Origin: an uncultured Solibacteraceae bacterium | GTDB taxonomy: Bacteria > Acidobacteriota > Terriglobia > Bryobacterales > Bryobacteraceae | Assembly: GCA_964493965.1 (NCBI GenBank) | Contig: CAZBQQ010000003.1 | Span: 22,562 to 86,561 of the forward strand | Length of the DNA: 64,000 nucleotides | Direction: 5' to 3' | Part shown: positions 44,610 to 52,348 of the stretch, one piece after another | Position numbering within the stretch: position 1 is the stretch's first letter | How the letters are laid out: the number at the start of each line of letters is the position of its first letter | Translations under genes and position numbers: made by a program | The notes under the pieces: generated by a model | What the model saw: the letters and a program-made list of their open reading frames with translations, nothing else | The model's database searches: none | Told to the model about the DNA's origin: nothing

Positions 44610-45574
44610 TTGGCGCTCGTCTCGGCAAGCCGCGGCTCGCCACCGGGTATATAGCCGGTGCGCGTGCGCACGGACAGCTTCTCGTGGCCTTTGGCCCGGG
44701 CGACTACCCGAATGGTGCGGTAAGCATCGTCATGGGCATGCTTGAGTGGAACATATCCGATCGTGTACTGGTGGCGAATGTCCCGGGCGATGCGCCCGCA
44801 GATGGCCACCACTTCGCTGATCTCGCCAGGAAGAAAGGCCTCGCCACCCGTCGCCTGAGCCAGGTGTTTGAGGACACCCGGATTCCGGTCCGGATCGCTG
44901 GCATCGAATAAACCTACGGTGTAAATCACGGCTGTGGATTGCGCGGCCAGCCTCATGACCTGAGCCAGGCTGAGCCTGCTCTTGTTGTCACCGCCATCGC
45001 TGATAACGATCAACACCTTCTTGTCCCGCGTGCCGGCCTGCAATTCGTCCAGCGCCTTGGCGATCGCGGCGTAGAGGGCAGTTTGGCCGCCGGCATCCAC
45101 CTTCCAGATCGCGGCTTGAAGCTCGGCGATTTTATTGGTGAAACGCGTCGTAGGGGGCAGGCCCAGCGACACCTTCTCGTTGAAGTTGACGACGAACATT
45201 TCGTCTTCGGGATTGCTGGACCGCGCAAAAGTAAGGGCGGCGAGGGTCACCTCTTCGAGTTTCGGCGCCATCGTTGAGCTGTGGTCGATGACGAGTCCCA
45301 CTGTGACCGGGACATCTTCGCTTTCGAAGAACCGGATGGACTGCGGGGCACCGTCCTCAAAAACCCCAAAGTCCTGCTCGCCCAAATCGGAGACGAAGCC
45401 GCCTTGCCGGTCGGTCACCGTGGCGTGCAATACCACCAGGTCGACGTCCACCGAGATTCGGAAAGCAGGCTGCTGGGCAGCGTGGCCTGGCAGCACCACC
45501 ATCGCGAGGAAAAACAGGAGAGCGACTGCCTTTGCGACGCCCTGCTTTCCTATGCGCGATGGTCTGTTTTTCAT
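44606..45574 (-). CDS. VWA domain protein (Acidobacteria-type VWFA-related domain)
   Basis: 322 aa with a signal peptide. FRISVDVDLVVLHATVTDRQGGFVSDLGEQDFGVFEDGAPQSI...VGLVIDHSSTM (MIDAS-like DxSxS) is followed by ALYAAI and LIVISDGGDN. Confidence 0.85.
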   Translation of the reverse strand: MKNRPSRIGKQGVAKAVALLFFLAMVVLPGHAAQQPAFRISVDVDLVVLHATVTDRQGGFVSDLGEQDFGVFEDGAPQSIRFFESEDVPVTVGLVIDHSSTMAPKLEEVTLAALTFARSSNPEDEMFVVNFNEKVSLGLPPTTRFTNKIAELQAAIWKVDAGGQTALYAAIAKALDELQAGTRDKKVLIVISDGGDNKSRLSLAQVMRLAAQSTAVIYTVGLFDASDPDRNPGVLKHLAQATGGEAFLPGEISEVVAICGRIARDIRHQYTIGYVPLKHAHDDAYRTIRVVARAKGHEKLSVRTRTGYIPGGEPRLAETSAK

Positions 45575-45583
45575 GGCTGCTCT

Positions 45584-45799
45584 CTAAGCCTTCACTTCTA
45601 CAGCGACCGTCGTGCCAAGTCCCCCCATGATCATTACGGCGCTCAAGAACGGGGACATCACTTGCGCACGTTGGCTTTCAATGCCCGTCGACACGCCGCC
45701 GGCCGTGAGGCCCTCCCTCTGGCCGGTGGGCACCGGCACAAAGATCGAACCGCTGCCCGGAATCAGCACCGCCAGGCCAGTCCAAAATAGCGTTTTCAT
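45584..45799 (-). CDS. small secreted/membrane hypothetical protein (71 aa)
   Basis: ATG 45799 has a GGAGAGG RBS. MKTLFWTGLAVLIPGSG is signal-like, and there is a second hydrophobic stretch. The gene sits inside the sortase operon. Confidence 0.4.
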   Translation of the reverse strand: MKTLFWTGLAVLIPGSGSIFVPVPTGQREGLTAGGVSTGIESQRAQVMSPFLSAVMIMGGLGTTVAVEVKA

Positions 45800-45864
45800 C
45801 CACTGTCCTCTCCTGCCGCCGGCGCGCCACACAAATCGGCGCGCCGTGTAGCGGACCTGGCTCC

Positions 45865-46596
45865 TTACGAAAGGCGCTTCTGCACCAGTCGGAGCGTAAA
45901 GCCGCCGCACAAAGCGAGCAAGCCGAGCAGTTCGATCAGCGGCAATTCGCTACCCGTCTTGGGGAGCTGCGCCGCGGCAACCTGCACCGGTTCTGCTGGC
46001 GGCGGCGTGACCACCTGGGCCAGTTCCACTTCTTCTCCCGTGGGCTTGATCGCCATGACGGGCGCCTGTTTCAGTCGCACCACCACCGGCTCGTCGGCCG
46101 TCTTGATCGGCTCCGCGACTTCCAGGGGCATTTCCTCTGCCGTGAAGAGCACGGGAGCGTTGGAGGTCTTCGCCAGCTCCATGGCCTTTGCCTTCGGATA
46201 AACGAATTCCTCGCCCCAGTTCATTCCGGGATAGAACCATGCCCGCAGCGCTTCCGGCTCACCGGCCGGCCGCTCGCTGAAGGTAACTACGGTCTTGCCC
46301 GTCGCCGTGAGGCGATAGTTTGGGATGGCCAGGATGGTGGCGTAGATCTGCGTTTCGTCCTGGTTGAAGATCTGAACGATGTGGCGGTCGGTCTGCGAAT
46401 CCAGGATCTTGAACACATAGGTCCCGGCCGGTAGCACTCCCCACCCCTTCAAGTGGACGCCCGGAATCTCGACGGGCCCGCTGAAGGTCATCACGGTCTT
46501 CCTGTTCCACTCACTGGCATTGGCGACCGGCGAGAATACTGCTCCCATCAGCGCCAGGCCAAAAACGGTCGTTGTGACTGTTCTCAAAATGCTCAT
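45865..46596 (-). CDS. secreted protein with C-terminal LPXTG-type cell-wall sorting signal (LPKTG)
   Basis: The start is ATG 46596 with an AGAGAGG RBS and the signal peptide MSILRTVTTTVFGLALMGAVFSPVANA. The C-terminus AAQLPKTGSELPLIELLGLLALCGGFTLRLVQKRLS is LPKTG plus a hydrophobic helix plus a basic tail. Confidence 0.8.
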   Translation of the reverse strand: MSILRTVTTTVFGLALMGAVFSPVANASEWNRKTVMTFSGPVEIPGVHLKGWGVLPAGTYVFKILDSQTDRHIVQIFNQDETQIYATILAIPNYRLTATGKTVVTFSERPAGEPEALRAWFYPGMNWGEEFVYPKAKAMELAKTSNAPVLFTAEEMPLEVAEPIKTADEPVVVRLKQAPVMAIKPTGEEVELAQVVTPPPAEPVQVAAAQLPKTGSELPLIELLGLLALCGGFTLRLVQKRLS

Positions 46597-46891
46597 CTGC
46601 TGCCTCTCTTTTGACTCAGAATCTGTGCGGCCGGCTTTTCGCTCTGTCCGGCATTGTGCCTGCAGATTCGGCTGGCCGGTCGCACGTGCTGGGAAGAAGC
46701 ACTCCGAGGTCCATCGGCGGAAACAGAGCTTGCCCTCTCGTTCCAGCGTAATCTTGCCGGCTGGGCCACCGGCTCGTGCAGGTATTGCCATGTGGAATGC
46801 AGGAATTGCTGCGGATCGGAGGTGGGACCAAATGCGAAAGAGCCTGGACTTGGCGCCCAGGCTCTGCGTTTCAGGTTGAAGAGGTTTGCGG

Positions 46892-47458
46892 TCAGTTCCC
46901 CAGGTACTCGACGTGAGCGTATGTGCCGAATCGCGGGTTGTATGCGAGATACCAGCCATCGTGGTCGGGGTCCTCGTAGATCACGATCTGATCTCCGGAC
47001 CAGTTCCAGCCGCCGACGATGCTGTAGTCGTACGGGGCGATATCCCAGTAGTCATTGCCAAACCAGAAGCGTTCCCGGTTTCCGCCCCCAAGCACGAACA
47101 CATGCTGCGGCCCGAAGCCGCCGGTGAAGCGCCCATGCGCCCACGCCCGATCGACGCGGTAATGCGCATCGTTGCGGCCACTGTCGTGTCCCACCCATTG
47201 ATCGTTCGTGGCGTGAACATGCGGGACGTCCGGATGGCCTCTCTTGTCCACGGAAATGCGGTTTTCGGCCGGGCCGTTCGACTGATACCGTCCGGACCCG
47301 GAAGCCCTCGCGGGAGCAGGACCCCGTGCAGGAATGTGGCCGCCTCCAACCGCCTGATGGCCACCGCCGCGCGACTCGCCGCCGCGTCCCTTATCGCCTC
47401 TATCCTGCGCCCAAGCGGCAACGCAGATCACAACTGCCAGCAATACAATCTTCTTCAT
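46892..47458 (-). CDS. secreted hypothetical protein (Gly/His/Trp-rich)
   Basis: 188 aa from ATG 47458 with a GGGAGGA RBS and the signal peptide MKKIVLLAVVICVAAWA. No family was recognised. Confidence 0.6.
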   Translation of the reverse strand: MKKIVLLAVVICVAAWAQDRGDKGRGGESRGGGHQAVGGGHIPARGPAPARASGSGRYQSNGPAENRISVDKRGHPDVPHVHATNDQWVGHDSGRNDAHYRVDRAWAHGRFTGGFGPQHVFVLGGGNRERFWFGNDYWDIAPYDYSIVGGWNWSGDQIVIYEDPDHDGWYLAYNPRFGTYAHVEYLGN

Positions 47459-47587
47459 TGAATCCTCCCTAGGTACGCATCGCCGTCCAGTTCGATCTTG
47501 TCTACGAGCGTGCCCTGGCGACGGCCCGCGGAGCGGGGGCCATAGCCAGAACAAGCGTCAGCAGCACCAAAACAGCCAGCGCATTTG

Positions 47588-47812
47588 CTACGAACATTGG
47601 ATCCTCGATTCCGTTGTTGTCGCGAAGCCGCCCTGGGCTCGCATTTCGCGCGGCGGTGGCAGGGCGCGTGACAACACGGGTTGAACTTCTTCCCAGCATA
47701 CCCGCCGCCGCCCGCACGTCCGGCACTCGTACTGGCCGTGCGAAGGCCACATGGGCTCTGAATGCATCAACCTGCACCAGAGGTCCGCAACTCGCGCCTG
47801 GGTCGATTTCAT
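47588..47812 (-). CDS. small Cys-containing (zinc-ribbon-like) hypothetical protein
   Basis: 74 aa from ATG 47812, 9 nt after the CsbD stop. The sequence reads LWCRLMHSEPMWPSHGQYECRTCGRRRVCWEE. The RBS is weak. Confidence 0.35.
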   Translation of the reverse strand: MKSTQARVADLWCRLMHSEPMWPSHGQYECRTCGRRRVCWEEVQPVLSRALPPPREMRAQGGFATTTESRIQCS

Positions 47813-47820
47813 AGGTCCGC

Positions 47821-48057
47821 CTAAGGCCGACGCGCCGCGGGGCTTGCGCAACCGCAGTCCGTCAGCGCGAGCGACCATTCGTCGGCCTGCCTCTCGGCGT
47901 CGGCTTTCGCCACTCCATACCGCTCCTGGATTCGCCCCACCAGCTGGTCCTTCTTGCCGGCGATCGTCTCCCAGTCGTCGTTGGTGAGCTTCCCCCAGCG
48001 CTCGCGTGCGGAGCCGGTGAACTGCTTCCACTTGCCTTCGATCTGATCCCAATTCAT
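47821..48057 (-). CDS. CsbD family stress-response protein
   Basis: 78 aa. MNWDQIEGKWKQFTGSARERWGKLTNDDWETIAGKKDQLVGRIQERYG is the CsbD signature. An AAGGAGAA RBS lies upstream. Confidence 0.9.
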   Translation of the reverse strand: MNWDQIEGKWKQFTGSARERWGKLTNDDWETIAGKKDQLVGRIQERYGVAKADAERQADEWSLALTDCGCASPAARRP

Positions 48058-48072
48058 TGCGTTCTCCTTGGC

Positions 48073-48219
48073 CTAAATGCGTCCCAAAAGCACCAGCGCA
48101 ATCACGATCGCCAACACCACGCCCAGACCTCCGCTGGGGTAGTAGCCCCAACCTCCGCTGTATGGCCATCTGGGTACGGCCGCGAGCAGCAGCACGACGA
48201 GCAAGAGTATCAGTAACAC
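48073..48219 (-). CDS. DUF3309 family small membrane protein (48 aa, not in ORF track)
   Basis: Hand translation from GTG 48219 (GGAGAG RBS) gives VLLILLLVVLLLAAVPRWPYSGGWGYYPSGGLGVVLAIVIALVLLGRI*, with the stop at TAG 48073-48075. This matches the P-W-P-Y-S-x-x-WGY-x-PSGGLG signature. Confidence 0.8.
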   Translation of the reverse strand: MLLILLLVVLLLAAVPRWPYSGGWGYYPSGGLGVVLAIVIALVLLGRI

Positions 48220-48386
48220 AAGGAACTCTCCTGCCACGTTTCCGCCGTTACTTACCTGTGCACGTTGGCCTCCGATTGAAATAGGCCGTCAATGGGCCCT
48301 ATCCGGTCTCTCGACGCGGCCAAATGTGCATTTCAGCGGCAACTTCTGCATCGAGGGAGCCGGCGCGCGATGGCCATGGCCGCCCA

Positions 48387-48598
48387 GCACCGAACCGCGA
48401 CCGTAACGGAGTCCCCATGGCCCTGCGGGCCACCGATGGCGATGAAGACGCGGCCGGCGCAGCCGGGCGATGTCCGCCGGAGCGGACCCTGCCCGTTCGT
48501 TACCGAGCCGCGACCGCAAGGGAGCGGACCCCGCTCGTTCGTTACCGAGCCGCGTCTTCAACGGAGCGGTCCGCTCGCCCACGCTCGCGGTTCGGTGC
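48387..48598. repeat. REP-like intergenic repeat cluster: 18-nt inverted repeat arms plus 2.4 tandem copies of a ~42-bp unit
   Basis: The left arm gcaccgaaccgcgaccgt (48387-48404) matches the reverse complement of acgctcgcggttcggtgc (48581-48598) at 17 of 18 positions. Tandem units start at 48480, 48522 and 48564 (gagcggacc..cgttcgttaccgagccgcg..). Confidence 0.7.
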
Positions 48599-48634
48599 CC
48601 TGGCGCAGGGTAAGCCTACTTCGGAGACAGGGCG

Positions 48635-51178
48635 CTAGAGCAACGCGTGCCGCCGGTAGAACCAGGTCTTGACGGCTTGCACCAAACCCAGATACGTCAG
48701 TGCAAGCAGCGTAATCGCACCCAGCAACGACAGCGGCAACGGTGTGAACCCCAGGGGAGCGCCGAGGGGCGTGTACGGCAGCACGGCGCCGACAAGGGAA
48801 ACCGCAACCACTCCGATTACCAGCCTCCCGCTCGGACGGCTCTTGAACGGATTCCCCGCCGTCCGGATCACAAACACCACCAGCGTCTGTGTGACCAGGG
48901 ATTCCACGAACCATCCGGTCCGGAACAGCGGCGCGTTTTTGGCCGCGTGGAACAGCAAAAGCAGGACCCCGAACGTGAGGAAATCGTAAATAGAGCTGAT
49001 GGGGCCGATGATCGTCATGAACTGGCGAATGAACCCGATCTGCCACCGCTTGGGCTTGTGCACCAGCGTCGGATCGACGTTGTCGCCGGGCACGGCGACC
49101 TGCGAAGTGTCGTAGAGGAAGTTATTCAGGAGTATCTGAGTCGGTAACATCGGCAGAAATGGCAGGAAAAGCGACGCCGCGGCCATGCTGAACATATTGC
49201 CGAAGTTAGAGCTGGTGCTCATGATGATGTACTTCATGATGTTGGCGAAGCACCGCCGCCCCTCAACCACGCCCTCGTTCAAGACCGACAGATCCTTCTC
49301 CAGCAGGATGATCTTCGCGGCGTCTTTTGCCACATCCACGCCATTCATAACGGAAATGCCGACGTCCGCGGTGTGCAGCGACGGAGCGTCGTTGATGCCG
49401 TCCCCTATGTATCCGACCACGTGCCCGCGCGCCTTCAGGCCGAGGATCACCCGGTTCTTCTGTTCCGGAGACACACGCGCGAAGATGGCGCCGTGCTCGG
49501 CCTGGTAAGCCAGGGCGGCATCGTCCATCGTGTCCAGTTGGTCGCCAGTGACGATGCGGTCGGTAGCCAGTCCGACGTCGTGGGCTACCTTCTGCGTCAC
49601 GTACTGGTTGTCGCCGGTCATGATGACCACCGACACGCCGTTCTTGTTCAGCGCGTCGAGAACGGCGGAAATCCCCTCCTTCGGCGGGTCGAGGAAGGCC
49701 GCAAACCCGGCCAGTGTCATCTCCTGCTCGGCCGCGACAGCGTAAGCATCCTGCTTCTCCACTTTCCGGGATGCGACCCCGAGGACGCGGAAGCCGTCGG
49801 CGCTCAACTTCTTGAAGGTTTCCCCAGCCTCCGCACGCCGGCCGTCGTCGAACGGCTGAGGAGCGCCGTCAATCATGACGGTCCCGCATACAGAGAGGAC
49901 GCTCTCCTCCTCGCCCTTGGTAATGAGGAGGTCCTCCTCGCCGTGACGCACCACCACGGAGAGGCGCTTGCGGTTGAAGTCGAAGGGAATCTCGTCCACC
50001 TTCGCGTACTCCGCAATGGCAGGGTGCTCGTGCTTCAAGATGGCGTCGTCCAGCGGGCTTTTGATTCCGGCTTCAAAGTAACTGTTCAGATAGATGAGGC
50101 GCAGGACGTCCTCGTTGTCCTGCCCGTGAACGTCCACGTGCCGGTCAAGCACAATCTCGCCTTCAGTCAGCGTTCCGGTCTTGTCGCTGCAGAGAATCTC
50201 GATGCTGCCGAAGTCTTCGATCGCGGTGAGTTGTTTGACCAGCACCTTCTTCTTTGCCATCCGGCGAGCGCCCTGCGCCAGCGTGATGGTGATGATCATC
50301 GGCATCATCTCCGGCGTCATCCCGACGGCCAGCGCAATCGCGAACAGGAACGATTCCAGGAACGGACGATGCAGGACCAGGTTCACCAGCAGGACGAAAA
50401 GCACCAGCAGCATGATTACGCGCGTGATCATCAGCCCGAAGTGGCGTATCCCGCGGCCGAATTCGGTCTCCGGCGGCCGCTTGGCCAGCCGTTCAGCAAT
50501 CGCGCCGAAGGCGGTGTCTTTGCCCGTCCGCACGATGACCGCGGTGCCGATGCCCGTCTGCACGGCGGTCCCCAGGAAAACGCTGTTGACGGCGTCGGCA
50601 ATGCTGTGTTGCCCCGCCGGAAGATCCTTCGCCGCCTTGTCGACGGGCAGAGACTCCCCCGTGAGCGCGGACTCGCGCACGTGGAGATCTTTGGAGTCCA
50701 ATAAACGGGTATCGGCCGGAGCCAGGTCGCCGCAATTGAGCCGGACGATATCGCCGGGAACCAGTTCGGCAACCGGCAACTCCAGTTCGTGCCCGTCACG
50801 CAGGACCGCCGCAGTGGTCGCAACCTGCTTCCGAATATCTTCCACCGCATGTCGAGCCTGAAACTCTACATAGAAGTTCACCACCACGCTGAGCAGGACT
50901 ATGGCGATGATGATCGACCCGCCGACCGGATCGCCCAGTGCGATCGAAATGGCGCTGGCCGCCAGGAGAATGAGAACCAGGGGATTGGCAAAGAAGCTCA
51001 GAAAACTGATCAGGCCGGCGAAGCGGGACTCTCCCGCCAGGCTGTTCGGCCCATGTACACGAAGCCGCTCTTTCGCCTCGGCGGAAGTCAGTCCTGTGGG
51101 CGTTGCCTGGAGCTGGACAAGCAGGTCCTGCAGGGGCACGTCCCAAAAGCGGTCCAGCGTCTGGTCTGGTTTGCTCAT
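48635..51178 (-). CDS. mgtA: magnesium-translocating P-type ATPase
   Basis: 847 aa from ATG 51178 with a GGGGAGAG RBS. Motifs seen: TGES, the phosphorylation site CSDKTGTLTEGE, MTGDNQ and GDGINDAPSLHTADVGISV. The N-terminal LTSAEAKERLRVHGPN and the C-terminal TM architecture are typical of MgtA/MgtB. Confidence 0.9.
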   Translation of the reverse strand: MSKPDQTLDRFWDVPLQDLLVQLQATPTGLTSAEAKERLRVHGPNSLAGESRFAGLISFLSFFANPLVLILLAASAISIALGDPVGGSIIIAIVLLSVVVNFYVEFQARHAVEDIRKQVATTAAVLRDGHELELPVAELVPGDIVRLNCGDLAPADTRLLDSKDLHVRESALTGESLPVDKAAKDLPAGQHSIADAVNSVFLGTAVQTGIGTAVIVRTGKDTAFGAIAERLAKRPPETEFGRGIRHFGLMITRVIMLLVLFVLLVNLVLHRPFLESFLFAIALAVGMTPEMMPMIITITLAQGARRMAKKKVLVKQLTAIEDFGSIEILCSDKTGTLTEGEIVLDRHVDVHGQDNEDVLRLIYLNSYFEAGIKSPLDDAILKHEHPAIAEYAKVDEIPFDFNRKRLSVVVRHGEEDLLITKGEEESVLSVCGTVMIDGAPQPFDDGRRAEAGETFKKLSADGFRVLGVASRKVEKQDAYAVAAEQEMTLAGFAAFLDPPKEGISAVLDALNKNGVSVVIMTGDNQYVTQKVAHDVGLATDRIVTGDQLDTMDDAALAYQAEHGAIFARVSPEQKNRVILGLKARGHVVGYIGDGINDAPSLHTADVGISVMNGVDVAKDAAKIILLEKDLSVLNEGVVEGRRCFANIMKYIIMSTSSNFGNMFSMAAASLFLPFLPMLPTQILLNNFLYDTSQVAVPGDNVDPTLVHKPKRWQIGFIRQFMTIIGPISSIYDFLTFGVLLLLFHAAKNAPLFRTGWFVESLVTQTLVVFVIRTAGNPFKSRPSGRLVIGVVAVSLVGAVLPYTPLGAPLGFTPLPLSLLGAITLLALTYLGLVQAVKTWFYRRHALL

Positions 51179-51352
51179 GCGCACTCTCCCCTTGAATTCT
51201 ACCCGCTGTGACAGCCAGGTACCTGCAGCAACTGCGGGGGCGAGTGCATATTCTGCACCTCTCGCCGGCAAGACTCCCCGTTCAGGCAGTGCACCCGCGC
51301 GCCGCCGCTTTGGACCTGCGCGTGCCCTTACCAACCGCGGAGGAGCAAAAAG

Positions 51353-51505
51353 ATGCTTTGGACAATTTGCGTTGTATTGCTGGTTCTGTGGGCACTGGGA
51401 ATGGTGACGTCCTTTACCGCGGGCGGGCTGCTTCACCTCCTGTTAGTGTTCGCGCTGATCGTCATGGTCATCCGCCTCGTCCAGGGACGCAGGGTTGTTG
51501 GCTAG
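51353..51505 (+). CDS. lmo0937-family small membrane protein (50 aa, not in ORF track)
   Basis: A GGAGGAG RBS lies 7 nt upstream of the ATG. The hand translation MLWTICVVLLVLWALGMVTSFTAGGLLHLLLVFALIVMVIRLVQGRRVVG* matches the family pattern (MLWTI...LG...GG.IH.LLV.A.I....L.QGRR). Confidence 0.8.
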   Translation: MLWTICVVLLVLWALGMVTSFTAGGLLHLLLVFALIVMVIRLVQGRRVVG

Positions 51506-51552
51506 CCTCCGGCCGTCGGAGCGCTGGTTGAAGCCGTAGGAGAGGAAACAAA

Positions 51553-51741
51553 ATGCCGTTGGTAACTATCGTTGTTACGCTGGTCGTGATCGGCGTAGTC
51601 TTATACCTGATCAACAACTACATCCCGATGGCCTCGGGCATCAAGCGGCTGCTGAACGTGGTCGTCGTGGTGCTAGCCGCCGTCTGGGTGCTACAGGTGG
51701 TCGGAGTGTGGGGACAAATAACAAGCTATAGGTTGCATTGA
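51553..51741 (+). CDS. Thivi_2564-family small membrane protein
   Basis: 62 aa. MPLVTIVVTLVVIGVVLYLINNYIPMASGIKRLLNVVVVVLAAVWVL resembles that family. A GGAGAGGA RBS lies upstream. Confidence 0.7.
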   Translation: MPLVTIVVTLVVIGVVLYLINNYIPMASGIKRLLNVVVVVLAAVWVLQVVGVWGQITSYRLH

Positions 51742-51745
51742 GCCA

Positions 51746-52330
51746 GTGCTCCCCATGACAGCGCAGTGCGTGATCTTGCTGTGCGCAGTGCCCGTCGTAG
51801 CCATGGCTCAGTCCGTGGAGCCGCTCGACCTGAAAGCCAAGCTGCGCTTTCATGTTGAGGCCATTTCCAGCCCCTTGACGCTCGCGGGATCCGCGGCCTA
51901 CGCCGGGCTTCTCCAGGCAGCCGGCGCTCCGACAGAGTGGGGGCAGGGAGCCGGCGCCTACGGGAAGCGCTTGGCTTCCACTATGGGTGGCGTCGCGATC
52001 TATGGCGCCCTCGGTTTCGCTCTCGACTCGACTCTGCACGAGGATCCTCGGTATTACCGATCGCGCAGCACGGGATTTTGGCGCAGAACGGGCCATGCCC
52101 TCCGCGGAACCATACTCACCCGGACCGACCGCGGCGGCGAGACGCTGTCCGTTTGGCGCCTGGGTAGTGCCTACGGCGCCGCCTTCCTCTCGAACCAGTG
52201 GTATCCGGACCGGCTAAACACCGTGCGCCTGGGAGTGCTGCAGGGCTCTCTTGGGGTCGGGTTCGGCTTCGTCAGCAATCTCGGTTCCGAGTTCTGGCCT
52301 GATCTCAGACGGAAGATCCTGCGCCGATAG
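51746..52330 (+). CDS. hypothetical secreted/membrane protein
   Basis: 194 aa with signal-like CVILLCAVPVVAMAQ. The composition is protein-like. No family was recognised. Confidence 0.5.
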   Translation: MLPMTAQCVILLCAVPVVAMAQSVEPLDLKAKLRFHVEAISSPLTLAGSAAYAGLLQAAGAPTEWGQGAGAYGKRLASTMGGVAIYGALGFALDSTLHEDPRYYRSRSTGFWRRTGHALRGTILTRTDRGGETLSVWRLGSAYGAAFLSNQWYPDRLNTVRLGVLQGSLGVGFGFVSNLGSEFWPDLRRKILRR

Positions 52331-52348
52331 TTGCTAACATAGGAGTCA

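Noticed and set aside
47505-47597. A 31-aa hydrophobic ORF (MFVANALAVLVLLTLVLAMAPAPRAVARARS) with an AGGA motif upstream.
   Set aside because: It is too short and unsupported, it overlaps the end of the neighbouring small ORF, and no family was recognised.
51179-51352. A possible M-box (Mg2+ riboswitch) in the mgtA leader. GGTTGGTAAGGGC vaguely resembles GTTAGGTGAGGC, and a stable hairpin is present (GGCGAG..GTGCA / TGCAC.CGCC).
   Set aside because: Only one segment resembles the consensus. The other conserved M-box blocks were not found. The 174-bp spacer also has to hold the divergent promoter and RBS of the lmo0937-like gene, which leaves too little room. A covariance-model scan (Rfam ykoK/M-box) would settle it.
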